The notes under the pieces are model-generated. The model was not told the origin of the DNA. It worked only from the letters and a program-made list of their open reading frames with translations, and made no database searches. From contig JADHWE010000001.1 of NCBI GenBank assembly GCA_016783675.1, positions 64,955 to 128,954 on the forward strand: DNA of 64,000 bases, given 5' to 3'. Within the stretch, counting starts at the first letter, position 1. The number at the start of each line of letters is the position of its first letter. This DNA is from Kiritimatiellia bacterium. GTDB taxonomy: Bacteria > Verrucomicrobiota > Kiritimatiellia > UBA8416 > JABMPJ01. Below, piece by piece: positions 8,805-17,830 of the stretch. The translations under genes and the position numbers were made by a program.

Positions 8805-10188
8805 CATTCTGTTCATTATGTCAGATGATCATGCAGCCCATGCTATGAGTTGCTACCGGAGCCGCATCAACCGGACGCCGGGGATTGACCGCATCGCCGC
8901 CGAAGGCATGCTTTTCAACAGCTGTTTCTGCACCAACTCCATCTGCACCCCGAGCCGGGCCACGATCCTGACCGGCACCTATAACCACGTCAACGGCGTG
9001 ACCACCCTTGCGACCATGATGGATAACCAGCTCATGACGTTCCCGAAGCTTCTGCAGGGGGCCGGGTATCAGACCGCCATGGTAGGCAAATGGCACTTGG
9101 GCCAGGGGGCCGATCACGAGCCCACGGGATTCGACTATTGGTGCGTTCTGCCTGGCCAGGGCTTGTACCACGACCCTGAGATGATCGAGATGGGGGAGAA
9201 GAAGACGGTACCCGGGTATGTCACCGACCTGATCACGGAGCGATCCCTGGACTGGCTCAAGCAGCGCGATGCGGATCGGCCCTTCTGCCTGCTCTGCCAC
9301 CACAAGGCGCCTCACCGCCCGTGGGAACCGGCGCCCCACCATGCCGACGCGCTGCGGTATACGACGATCGCCGAGCCGGACACGCTACATGACGACTACC
9401 GCAACCGCGCCCGCGCTGCGGCGGCTGCAACCATGCGGATTGACCGTGATCTGAACGCCACCGATCTGAAGGAGCCCACTCCCGAGGGACTGTCAGAAGT
9501 GGAAGAGCGGCAGTGGAAGTACCAGCGCTATATCAAAGACTACCTGTCGTGCATTGCATCCGTGGATGAAAGCGTTGACACGCTCCTGGACTACCTGGAC
9601 GAGAATGGGTTGGCCGAAGACACGATTGTCGTCTACACATCTGACCAGGGCTTCTTCCTGGGAGATCACGGGTGGTATGACAAGCGCTTCATGTATGAAG
9701 AATCGTTGCGCATGCCCTTTGTGGTCCGGTATCCACGTGAGATCGGGCCGCATTCGGTTTGCGACGACATGATTCTTAACGTGGACTTCGCCCCGACGTT
9801 CCTCGACTTTGCGGGAGTCCCCATTCCATCGGACATGCAGGGCAGCAGTTTTCGTCCCCTCCTGAACGGCAGACTCCCGGCCGACTGGCAGACGTCCATG
9901 TACTACCGTTACTGGATGCACCTGGCCCACCACAACGTCTACGCGCACTACGGGGTGCGAACGCTGCGCTATAAACTCATCTACTACTACGCCGACAGCA
10001 TGGGTCAGGCCGGCTCCATCGACGAGTCTCGCGAACCGGAGTGGGAGTTGTTCGATCTCGAACGCGATCCCCAGGAGATGACCAACGTCTACAGCGACCC
10101 GGAGTACGCGGAAGTGGTGGCCGACCTCAAGGATGAGCTGCACCGACTGCAGGCACAGGTCGGCGACTCCAGCTGTGAGGACGTGTAG
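8782..10188 (+). CDS. Sulfatase (formylglycine-dependent, S1 family) without a recognisable signal peptide
   Basis: MVTMKQPNILFIMSDDHAAH opens the catalytic domain directly, and the C-x-P-x-R motif is present in NSICTPSRATILTG. The gene overlaps the stop of the preceding acyltransferase gene (8802-8804) by about 23 nt. The longer track ORF from 8623 is an out-of-family extension. Confidence 0.8.
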   Translation: MVTMKQPNILFIMSDDHAAHAMSCYRSRINRTPGIDRIAAEGMLFNSCFCTNSICTPSRATILTGTYNHVNGVTTLATMMDNQLMTFPKLLQGAGYQTAMVGKWHLGQGADHEPTGFDYWCVLPGQGLYHDPEMIEMGEKKTVPGYVTDLITERSLDWLKQRDADRPFCLLCHHKAPHRPWEPAPHHADALRYTTIAEPDTLHDDYRNRARAAAAATMRIDRDLNATDLKEPTPEGLSEVEERQWKYQRYIKDYLSCIASVDESVDTLLDYLDENGLAEDTIVVYTSDQGFFLGDHGWYDKRFMYEESLRMPFVVRYPREIGPHSVCDDMILNVDFAPTFLDFAGVPIPSDMQGSSFRPLLNGRLPADWQTSMYYRYWMHLAHHNVYAHYGVRTLRYKLIYYYADSMGQAGSIDESREPEWELFDLERDPQEMTNVYSDPEYAEVVADLKDELHRLQAQVGDSSCEDV

Positions 10189-10196
10189 GGCTTGCT

Positions 10197-11033
10197 CTAC
10201 TTAACGGTCTTCCGTGTGAGCTTCTGCAGAGCCTTCCAGAGCCCTTCGGCGCCTTTCTCGTCGAGCAAGGTCTTCCGCGCATCCGCATCCGAGAAGGTCT
10301 CCGCCAGCCCTGCCAACAGCTTTAGATAGAAAGCGCTCGCCGCGGTGGGAATCACAATGAACACGACGATCCGAGTCGGCTGATCGCAATCTCCATCCCA
10401 CTGGATGCCCTTGGATGACAGGCCTACCGCAAGGGCAAGGCCGCCCCCCTCGACACCACGCACATGGGGCACGGCCAGCTCGTGGCCTACCGCTGTGCTC
10501 ACGATGGCTTCACGCTGCAGTGCGGCTTCGACAAGTTTGTCGGAGCCTTCAACAAAGCCTTCCGCTTCCATCTTGGAGGCCATCTCTGCAATGACATCCT
10601 CCACGCTGGCGGAAGAAAGTTCGGGAATCATCAGGGAGGGAGCCGAGAAGCGGGCAATGCCGCCCTTCTGCCTGCCCGTGCGACGCCGCTTGCTGGCGAT
10701 CCGTTTCGCCGCCGATTCAACGAAGTAGAGCATGCGTGCGCAGTTCGGGCAACTATGCACTTCGCGGGCCAGTCGTACGGCCTGGACCAGGCTGATGGGC
10801 AGCGTCATCCCGCATCCTGAACAGACCTGTTCGGCGATCGGCACAATGGCAGACTGCTGCTTGTTGGTCAACTTCTCCGCGTGTTCACGAATGTCGCGTG
10901 GCAGTTTAGCGGTCATGCCCTTGATGGCGGCATTCAGGTTATCCAGGTGCGCATCACCTGACATGAATTTCTGTTCGTCGCGAATGAGAATCAACTCTTC
11001 CAGCTGAATCAACTGGTTTACTACCGGATGCAT
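10197..11033 (-). CDS. Fusion protein: N-terminal coiled-coil plus C4 zinc-ribbon, C-terminal PTS EIIA (Ntr/fructose type) domain
   Basis: CSGCGMTLP...CPNCARMLY forms a 4-Cys ribbon after a helical segment. The C-terminal 150 aa (LMIPELSSASVEDVIAEMASKM ... GHELAVPHVRG ... IVVFIVIP) resemble PtsN-type EIIA, with the phosphorylatable His in AVPH. Confidence 0.6.
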   Translation of the reverse strand: MHPVVNQLIQLEELILIRDEQKFMSGDAHLDNLNAAIKGMTAKLPRDIREHAEKLTNKQQSAIVPIAEQVCSGCGMTLPISLVQAVRLAREVHSCPNCARMLYFVESAAKRIASKRRRTGRQKGGIARFSAPSLMIPELSSASVEDVIAEMASKMEAEGFVEGSDKLVEAALQREAIVSTAVGHELAVPHVRGVEGGGLALAVGLSSKGIQWDGDCDQPTRIVVFIVIPTAASAFYLKLLAGLAETFSDADARKTLLDEKGAEGLWKALQKLTRKTVK

Positions 11034-11146
11034 AAAGAAATAACCTCCAATGTCCCCTACTGACTAATAATCGAAGTGGCGGATTCTAACAGGGGCGTAA
11101 CAGAAACACCACCTTCTTTCACCGTGATTTACGGAGGCGGGGGGGC

Positions 11147-11176
11147 TTGACACCCGTCCTGTCACATGATAAAACT
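11147..11176 (+). promoter_or_regulatory. Candidate promoter for tRNA-Ala
   Basis: TTGACA (11147-11152), an 18-nt spacer, then an extended -10 TGaTAAAAC (11168-11176). This sits about 28 nt upstream of the tRNA 5' end. Confidence 0.35.
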
Positions 11177-11203
11177 CCGCCCGTCTTTTTGACACTGGAT
11201 GTG

Positions 11204-11279
11204 GGGGTATAGCTCAGTTGGTAGAGCGCCTGAATGGCATTCAGGAGGCCAGGAGTTCGAATCTCCTTACCTCCACCAC
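11204..11279 (+). tRNA. tRNA-Ala (anticodon GGC)
   Basis: The cloverleaf was folded by hand. The acceptor GGGGGTA/TACCTCC contains the G3:U70 wobble, the alanine identity element. The anticodon loop is AT-GGC-AT, the T-arm is AGGAGTTCGAATCTCCT, and the CCA is encoded. Confidence 0.9.
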
Positions 11280-11323
11280 TTTTCGCTCCCTACGGGAGTT
11301 GCGGGTGGCAAGCCACATCCATG

Positions 11324-14300
11324 TCACTGACGCTTCTTGTTCTCAAGCCTCTGCAACAGATCCTTGGCGCGGTTGTCTGTGGCAACAGGGCGTTCCGGAT
11401 ATTCCCAGACGGCGTTCAGGTGATTTTCGGCTTCGTCGAGGTCTCCGGTCAAGAGGTAGATTTCCGCCGCATTCAGCGTTACCTCCAGCGTGGAATAGTG
11501 ACCGGGTTCCATGAGGGTGAGCGCGCGCTCCATGTAATCGCGCGCCCGATCGGTCTGTCCAATCCGGAGATAGACCATTGCCGCCGTATCCAGCACAGGG
11601 AAGGATTCCTGGCCCATTTCAAGTAAGAGCGGAAGCAACTCCTGTGCCCGGGAGAGCGTCGAACGATCTTCGAGAAGCGTGTAGATCAAGTTGTTGAGAA
11701 TATTGACACGATCCGGATACATGCTGTAGGCCGACTCAAGGATCTCCACCGCCTTGGTGTGGGCACCCTCAATCCGGGCGGATTCGGCCGCCATCAGCAG
11801 CGACTGCACACGAAGCTTGGACCCCTTTTTGCCTATGACGGGTGCAAGCACGCTCAGCGCGCGACGGGTGTCGCGCTTCTCAAAGTAGACAAATCCCAAC
11901 CTCTCCGCCCACTGCAGCTCCTCCGGGTTGTGCTCGCTCAGGTACTGCAATGCCTTGATGATATCTGTATCCCGCTTGTCACGGGCCCATTTCAACATCA
12001 CCACGGCCCGGTAGAACGGACCGGGATTCTTGGACAGCTCGGACCCGGTCAGGGCACAGGAGAGCGCCCAATCATATTCCTTGAGGGTAAGGCCAGATCG
12101 AATCCCCAGGACATATGCCGGCAGCAATCCCTGGGACTGATCGATTGCGTACCGGGCGGCCGCCGCCGCGGCCTTTGGCATGCCCGAATCAAGAAGGAAG
12201 TCACCCGCCCTCGTGAATGTCTCAGGGGAGAACTGCTGATCTACGACAGCGCTCTTGATTGCAGCCGCAGCCCAGTCGCCCTTTCCTTCGGCCCCGAAAC
12301 GTCCCATCAGGGAGGCCAGCCATATGTCCGGATCGTCAGGACAATGTTCCCGGGCCGCCGCGACAGCCGCACCACGGTCTTCGGAGACCACCATGTGGAT
12401 GCGGCGCAACACCACCGAGTCCGGAATCAACATGAGCCCGGCTTCAACAGCCATGCTCGCCTCCGCATACCGCTCCTGGCGAGCCAGCAGCATCGTCAAC
12501 TGGTGAAGCGCGCCGACCTTCTCCAGGGCGTTCCGCCCGATGGCCTCCCATGCCGCGATGTTGGAAGCAGGCCCCTCCCCTTTCGCACGGCACCAGTCAC
12601 GCGACATGCTGCGCAGGGCAATGACGCAGGGACTCGTCGACTTTTCGAGCTCGGCACCGTATTCGTCGGCTTCACGCACGAATCCTTCCGCATCGAGGGG
12701 AGCCGGCCAGCGTTTGGTCGTCACCAGCCTTGCACGAGGCAGCACCAATCGCTGCCTTTCACCACGCTCACTGCGCACAATACTGACACTCATCGCGTTG
12801 CTCATCCGCTCGGCCTCGCGGTGACGCCCGGTATCGTAGAGCAGTTGCACCAGCACGCGTGGATCAGGGTCCCCCGCCTTGGTCAATACGAAGAGGGCCT
12901 GGTCCTTATACCGGAACACATCCCAGATCGCCGCCAGAGCGGCATGAACGCGTCGCGACCCCGGGTAGGTACGCTGTGCTTCCTTGGCCGTGTGAAGCGC
13001 CGCTGCGCCCATGTTCAAGTTCATGAGCGCATTGATGAACATCAGGTCCGCCCCCAGGCGCGGCTGGTAGTTGGGAAGTGCCCGGTAAGCCACCATGGTC
13101 TCGTAGAGCGCTTGCCAGCGCACCTGTTGGTTCTGGAACACGGCACGCTGGTAGAGAATATCCCGTTTCTTCTCAGGATAGCGCTCCTCCAGCTCCCTCA
13201 GCTTGGCATGGGCTTCTTCATACCTTCCGGCCAGACCCAGTGCGGGGGCTACGGACATCTCCATGCGCTCGTTGAGCGTTCCCTCGGCCGCACGCTTGTC
13301 GATCTCAGCAAAGAAGCGGTCGAGCTGTTCCATTCGCCCTTCCCTGCCGCGTGCGCCGGCCACTGACACTGCCTCAGGAACGTGGTCCCAGAGCGCCTTG
13401 AACGGTGCCAGGTCTCCCGTAGCCTGGTAGAAGCGACGCAGGTCAATTCGCTGGGCAGCACTCTCAGCCTCGATCGAGAGTGTGTGTTTTCGAAACATGA
13501 ACCACATGTCGTGGAAACGCGCCAGCGAGAGATACAGAGCCGGATCGGCAGGGTCTCTCTCGCGCAAGCTCAGCCACGCCAACCAGGCCAGGTCCGCTCG
13601 GCTGAGTCGAAAGGCATAGTCAATGTAGGAGGCCAACCGATCCGCGTTCAACTTGCCGAGGTTCGCGATCAGATTGTCTGCAAACATCGTCTCCCAGCGG
13701 CCGCCCTGCTGACTCATCGCCAGGGAAAAGAGACTGCTCAGGAAACGTGGATCGCCGGGGTGCAGCGCGACGACTTCTTTCATGATTTCAGCAGCACGGG
13801 CAATGTTGCGCATATGCAAGTGCGCTTGCACGGCAACCAGGGAAGGCCCAATGTCTTCGTAGCGCACGGAGGTATTGTCGCACTCGACTATCGTGCTCCA
13901 CTGTTCACGCAGCGCAAGATAGGGAAAGAGCGACCGCACGCGGTCTTGAACCAAGTGCGACCGCGCCGCAATCACAATGCTCTTGTTGACCTGTTCCGGA
14001 ATATCCTTAACGGCCGCAAACTCTGCCATGAGCATGGCAGCGCCCGGTGCTTCGCCTGTATGCCTGGACATCTCCTGGACGACGCCAAAGGCCTCGTCCA
14101 CACGTCCGAGCGACATCAGCGCCCGGCCACGCATCATGGATTCAACAACGTCCAGTGGCGGTTCGAGAGAATCAATGACCACAAGTGTCCGTACGTAGTC
14201 CTGTTTCACGAGGAGCACGTGAGCTTCCTTCATGAGGAGGGCACGGTCGGAAGGCGCGATCGTCAAGGCCGCACGAATGGCCGCATGGGCCGCCTCTATC

Positions 14301-15361
14301 TCATTCTCCAGGAGCAAGTCGATCACCGGGCGTATCATGTTGAGACGGTGACCGGGGCGTTGCTTGTAAATAACGAAGGCTGTGCCAAGCGACACAACGC
14401 CCAAAGCCAATAGCGGCTTCCATACCGAGACCAGCAGGCGCCAGGGACCGGGCAGTGCACGCCCCCGGTCAGGTTTCTCCAGTTCCCCGTCACGGATCCC
14501 CTCGCTTATGCGGCGGCGTTTGTCGCGCACCACCTTGTAGGCCGACACCTCAATCTGGACGATGAGTATAGTGAACAGCAGGAAAGCACCCAGGGTATCG
14601 TGCAGGACCGTCTCGGCCCACTCGCGCGGCATGCGGGGCGCGAAGATTACAACCGCCGCCACCCGCAAGATGTTGAAGAACAACACTTGAACGGCCCCGG
14701 CCAACAGCAGCACAACGCTCTCAAACCAGCGCAGGCGAAAGAGAAACCCGACGCCCAGCGTGCAGAGCGTCACCGTGACAATCGTGCGCATTCCACTACA
14801 GGCCTCGGGAACGCCCAGCGTCAGCAACCCCGTACGCAGGTAGAACCCTTCCGCCCAGACCGGCACATTGAAGCTATAGAGCAACATCTGCGCGCCCTGC
14901 ACCGACATTAACTGCATCCAAAGCTGGAGCTTCCCGAAAACCTGCCCCGGTATGGGGTGCATCCAGTACAGCAGAAACACGGCTATGATGATGTCGCGGC
15001 GGAACTTCTCCGGCAACGCCCAGCGGAGACAGGCGTAGAGCAGCAGAATAATGCCCAACCATTCGAACTGGTGGACGGCCAGAATGGTCCCGCCCAACGA
15101 CAGAAGCGCCCCACCTATCCCCATGGCCAGGGGCAAGAAGGACCCGTGCAAGAAGGGAAGGCGAAACGTCCCGGCATCTGGATGCTGCTCACGCTCAGGC
15201 TTGGGGCGTAGAAGGATCAGGGCAGCGAAGATGGAAACCAGGACTACGCGAATCAGTGCGTCGTCGTCGGCCGCTACGCGATGAAAATTCGTTAGCGCCC
15301 AGACCGCAAAGAGTCCGATTCCCGCGTAAAGGACGCTTTTGCGTGTCCTATTAGAGCTCAT
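11324..15361 (-). CDS. Exosortase (EpsH/Xrt-family) domain fused to about 1000 aa of TPR repeats
   Basis: 1345 aa. The N-terminal ~290 aa are polytopic and carry the exosortase signature GVPEACSGMRT (Cys188, codon 14798-14800), followed by NILRV (Arg233) and LHDTLG (His254). The remainder is a helical-repeat, TPR-like sequence. Confidence 0.7.
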   Translation of the reverse strand: MSSNRTRKSVLYAGIGLFAVWALTNFHRVAADDDALIRVVLVSIFAALILLRPKPEREQHPDAGTFRLPFLHGSFLPLAMGIGGALLSLGGTILAVHQFEWLGIILLLYACLRWALPEKFRRDIIIAVFLLYWMHPIPGQVFGKLQLWMQLMSVQGAQMLLYSFNVPVWAEGFYLRTGLLTLGVPEACSGMRTIVTVTLCTLGVGFLFRLRWFESVVLLLAGAVQVLFFNILRVAAVVIFAPRMPREWAETVLHDTLGAFLLFTILIVQIEVSAYKVVRDKRRRISEGIRDGELEKPDRGRALPGPWRLLVSVWKPLLALGVVSLGTAFVIYKQRPGHRLNMIRPVIDLLLENEIEAAHAAIRAALTIAPSDRALLMKEAHVLLVKQDYVRTLVVIDSLEPPLDVVESMMRGRALMSLGRVDEAFGVVQEMSRHTGEAPGAAMLMAEFAAVKDIPEQVNKSIVIAARSHLVQDRVRSLFPYLALREQWSTIVECDNTSVRYEDIGPSLVAVQAHLHMRNIARAAEIMKEVVALHPGDPRFLSSLFSLAMSQQGGRWETMFADNLIANLGKLNADRLASYIDYAFRLSRADLAWLAWLSLRERDPADPALYLSLARFHDMWFMFRKHTLSIEAESAAQRIDLRRFYQATGDLAPFKALWDHVPEAVSVAGARGREGRMEQLDRFFAEIDKRAAEGTLNERMEMSVAPALGLAGRYEEAHAKLRELEERYPEKKRDILYQRAVFQNQQVRWQALYETMVAYRALPNYQPRLGADLMFINALMNLNMGAAALHTAKEAQRTYPGSRRVHAALAAIWDVFRYKDQALFVLTKAGDPDPRVLVQLLYDTGRHREAERMSNAMSVSIVRSERGERQRLVLPRARLVTTKRWPAPLDAEGFVREADEYGAELEKSTSPCVIALRSMSRDWCRAKGEGPASNIAAWEAIGRNALEKVGALHQLTMLLARQERYAEASMAVEAGLMLIPDSVVLRRIHMVVSEDRGAAVAAAREHCPDDPDIWLASLMGRFGAEGKGDWAAAAIKSAVVDQQFSPETFTRAGDFLLDSGMPKAAAAAARYAIDQSQGLLPAYVLGIRSGLTLKEYDWALSCALTGSELSKNPGPFYRAVVMLKWARDKRDTDIIKALQYLSEHNPEELQWAERLGFVYFEKRDTRRALSVLAPVIGKKGSKLRVQSLLMAAESARIEGAHTKAVEILESAYSMYPDRVNILNNLIYTLLEDRSTLSRAQELLPLLLEMGQESFPVLDTAAMVYLRIGQTDRARDYMERALTLMEPGHYSTLEVTLNAAEIYLLTGDLDEAENHLNAVWEYPERPVATDNRAKDLLQRLENKKRQ

Positions 15362-16775
15362 GGCGGTAGGTTAACAGCACCGAAACAATGTCACGAGTGT
15401 AATCAAGTTGGTCGTTGTCGCCATCCCGCTCAATGTGCTCCGCGAACGCCTCAAGCTTCAGCTCATCGGTCAGGCGCACAACCGGTCCGAGTTTGTACGC
15501 CAAGGTGTCATAGTCGCCGGTAAGCTCAGGATCGAGAAGCGTGACCTGCTCATCATCGTTGGAGCGCTCATTGTAGCGCACCGATCCGACAAGGGAGGCC
15601 GCCGGCATGAGCGGCACCTCGCACAGCAGTCCGCTGGCCCAATCCGTGTAGCCGTTTACGTTGGTCGTACTCGGGTCACGTGTCTGCCAACCCGTATACA
15701 GATTCCACCGGGAGAAATCGCCCGTCCAGCGGAGGTCGTAGCGTAAGAGGTCGAACTCCTCAAGCGACCACTGGTATCCCCCGCGAAGCCCATGGCTATA
15801 GGTGATACCATGCTGCAGATTGGGGCTAAGGTGCGTCTGAAAACCCGCACCGTAGAGGGCCGTATTGACCTCTTCCATACTATTCTCACTGCCGGAGATC
15901 GTTCCCATGGCATGTCCGCCGAAAACATTGAAGGTCGTACGCTCAGTTAAGCGAGTACTGAGATCGACCCGGTAGTCGTTGATAAGCGTGGTGGGTCTGT
16001 CCGACTCGGGATAGTCAATGTGCTCCAGTCCGCCTCGTAGACCGACGATCATGTATTCGGCCACTTCATACTCGTACAGCAGGTACCCGCTGTGTGTTAC
16101 ACGGGCCTGATCCTCCCACTCGTCGTCCAAGGCCCAACGGTCACCGCGCGACACCCCAAAGCCCAAGTTGTGCCGTTCGGCCAGAAGCAAATCACCATCC
16201 AGTCCGATCCTGTTCGAGATATTCTCGAACCGTCGGCCACCGTACCGGTCATCCAGACCGCGCGTATCGAGGTAGTCCATCTGCCATGCGAACCCGTCCC
16301 ACAGACGCATGCGCAGGTACGGAGCCGGCGACATTTCCATGGACAGGTTGGCGTTGATGCCCTCCCCGGGCAGGAACACGCGAAACTCGCTCTCCTGCGT
16401 ATCGAGCGGATAGTACTCGTACCGGAAGCCGAGCGAGACATCCAGGTCCGTGTGCGGCCCAATCACCAGGTAATTCCGGGTATCAAAACCTATGATGATC
16501 GGGTAGTCGGAACCATCCTTCTTGAGGCGCCCCCGCGACCCGGCAAAGAGGAAGTCTGTCCCGATACCGGTCGTGTCAACGTAGCGATACCCGGCTGTCA
16601 GCAGGAAAGCCCAGCTCGAATGGAACGGCCCCAGTTGGACAGTGGCGTATTCCGGTACGGCCACTTCCCGATGGTTGTCATAGCGCAGGTTCTGCGCGCA
16701 TACCGAGCCGCTCGATAGCACGAGCAACAGACCCACCCCAAGCACCCACCATAGCCTTGTGCGTAGCGTCGTCAT
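15351..16775 (-). CDS. Putative outer-membrane beta-barrel protein (possibly exosortase-system associated)
   Basis: It has a signal peptide MTTLRTRLWWVLGVGLLLVLSSGSVCA. The composition is rich in Y, G and D with alternating hydrophobic residues, typical of beta-barrels. Its 3' end overlaps the exosortase start by 11 nt. No family was recognised. Confidence 0.4.
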   Translation of the reverse strand: MTTLRTRLWWVLGVGLLLVLSSGSVCAQNLRYDNHREVAVPEYATVQLGPFHSSWAFLLTAGYRYVDTTGIGTDFLFAGSRGRLKKDGSDYPIIIGFDTRNYLVIGPHTDLDVSLGFRYEYYPLDTQESEFRVFLPGEGINANLSMEMSPAPYLRMRLWDGFAWQMDYLDTRGLDDRYGGRRFENISNRIGLDGDLLLAERHNLGFGVSRGDRWALDDEWEDQARVTHSGYLLYEYEVAEYMIVGLRGGLEHIDYPESDRPTTLINDYRVDLSTRLTERTTFNVFGGHAMGTISGSENSMEEVNTALYGAGFQTHLSPNLQHGITYSHGLRGGYQWSLEEFDLLRYDLRWTGDFSRWNLYTGWQTRDPSTTNVNGYTDWASGLLCEVPLMPAASLVGSVRYNERSNDDEQVTLLDPELTGDYDTLAYKLGPVVRLTDELKLEAFAEHIERDGDNDQLDYTRDIVSVLLTYRHEL

Positions 16776-16861
16776 ATCCTCAAAGCCTACCAGTAGAGCG
16801 GAGCGCAACGCAATGGTAAAGAGATGTAGCCAACGGCCATGCCCGTGGCTTATAGTGGGGA

Positions 16862-17812
16862 ATGCTTAGGCCTGTCTATGCCCTGATCTGCACAGCATTG
16901 GTATTCCAGACGGGAATAGCTGAAGCCGCATCTTCACCGCTACAGCGGGAATCGCTCGATGCTCTTGCGAGGCGTTATGGCTTTGGAACACCACTGCGTA
17001 TGGGTATGGAACGGGTTCTCCGCAGCCAGTACTCCACCGTTGTCTTCACTTCAGGAAGCCGAAAGCTTCGCTTCAACGACACGCTCCTCTGGCTCAACGG
17101 GCCGACACAGAAGGGCTCGAGCAGCTGGACGATCACGCGGTACGACAGTGAAGCGATGCTCGACCCCTTGCTGCGACCTTCCGCGAATGTCCGCGGCGAT
17201 GATATTGCCACGATCGTGCTCGACCCCGGGCATGGCGGATCGGACAGCGGGGCTATCGGTCACCGGCGCGTCTACGAGAAGAAAGCCGTGCTTGATGTGG
17301 CCAAGCGGACGCGTGACATCCTGAAAGCCCAGGGGCTGTCAGTCAGGCTAACGCGGGAGAGCGACTACTTCATACCGCTCGCGAAGCGCACCAGTCTCGC
17401 TCGCCAGTGGGGCGCCGACCTCTTTATCAGTATTCACTTCAATGCGGCGGCCAACTCCAGTGTGTCCGGGATCGAAACCTATGTCTGCTCGTCGCCGGGG
17501 TTTGCGTCCACGATGGGCGGGCGCGCAGACCCGCGGACGTATAAGGGCAACCAGTTCGACAAGAAGAACACGTTGCTGGGGTATTACCTGCACCGCGGCA
17601 TGCTGAAACAGGTGAAAGCGATAGACCGCGGCATCAAGCATGCACGATTCGAAGTTCTACGTAGTGCCCCATGCCCCGCCGCCCTGCTTGAATGCGGCTT
17701 TATCACCAACAAGAGCGAAGCCGCACGGGTAATCAGTCGCCAGCATCGCGCCACACTGGCCAAGGGCATCGCGAACGGCATCATGAGCTACATCGCGAAA
17801 ACGGATAGCTGA
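16862..17812 (+). CDS. N-acetylmuramoyl-L-alanine amidase (Amidase_3, AmiC-like)
   Basis: IVLDPGHGGSDSGAIG, ADLFISIHFNAA and SGIETY are the zinc-binding and catalytic motifs of the family. An N-terminal signal peptide is present. Confidence 0.8.
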   Translation: MLRPVYALICTALVFQTGIAEAASSPLQRESLDALARRYGFGTPLRMGMERVLRSQYSTVVFTSGSRKLRFNDTLLWLNGPTQKGSSSWTITRYDSEAMLDPLLRPSANVRGDDIATIVLDPGHGGSDSGAIGHRRVYEKKAVLDVAKRTRDILKAQGLSVRLTRESDYFIPLAKRTSLARQWGADLFISIHFNAAANSSVSGIETYVCSSPGFASTMGGRADPRTYKGNQFDKKNTLLGYYLHRGMLKQVKAIDRGIKHARFEVLRSAPCPAALLECGFITNKSEAARVISRQHRATLAKGIANGIMSYIAKTDS

Positions 17813-17830
17813 TCGCCCCAGTAGACGACC

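Noticed and set aside
11286-11298. A hairpin CTCCC-tac-GGGAG just after tRNA-Ala, considered as a terminator.
   Set aside because: It has only a 5-bp stem and no U-tract on either strand. That is insufficient for a terminator call.
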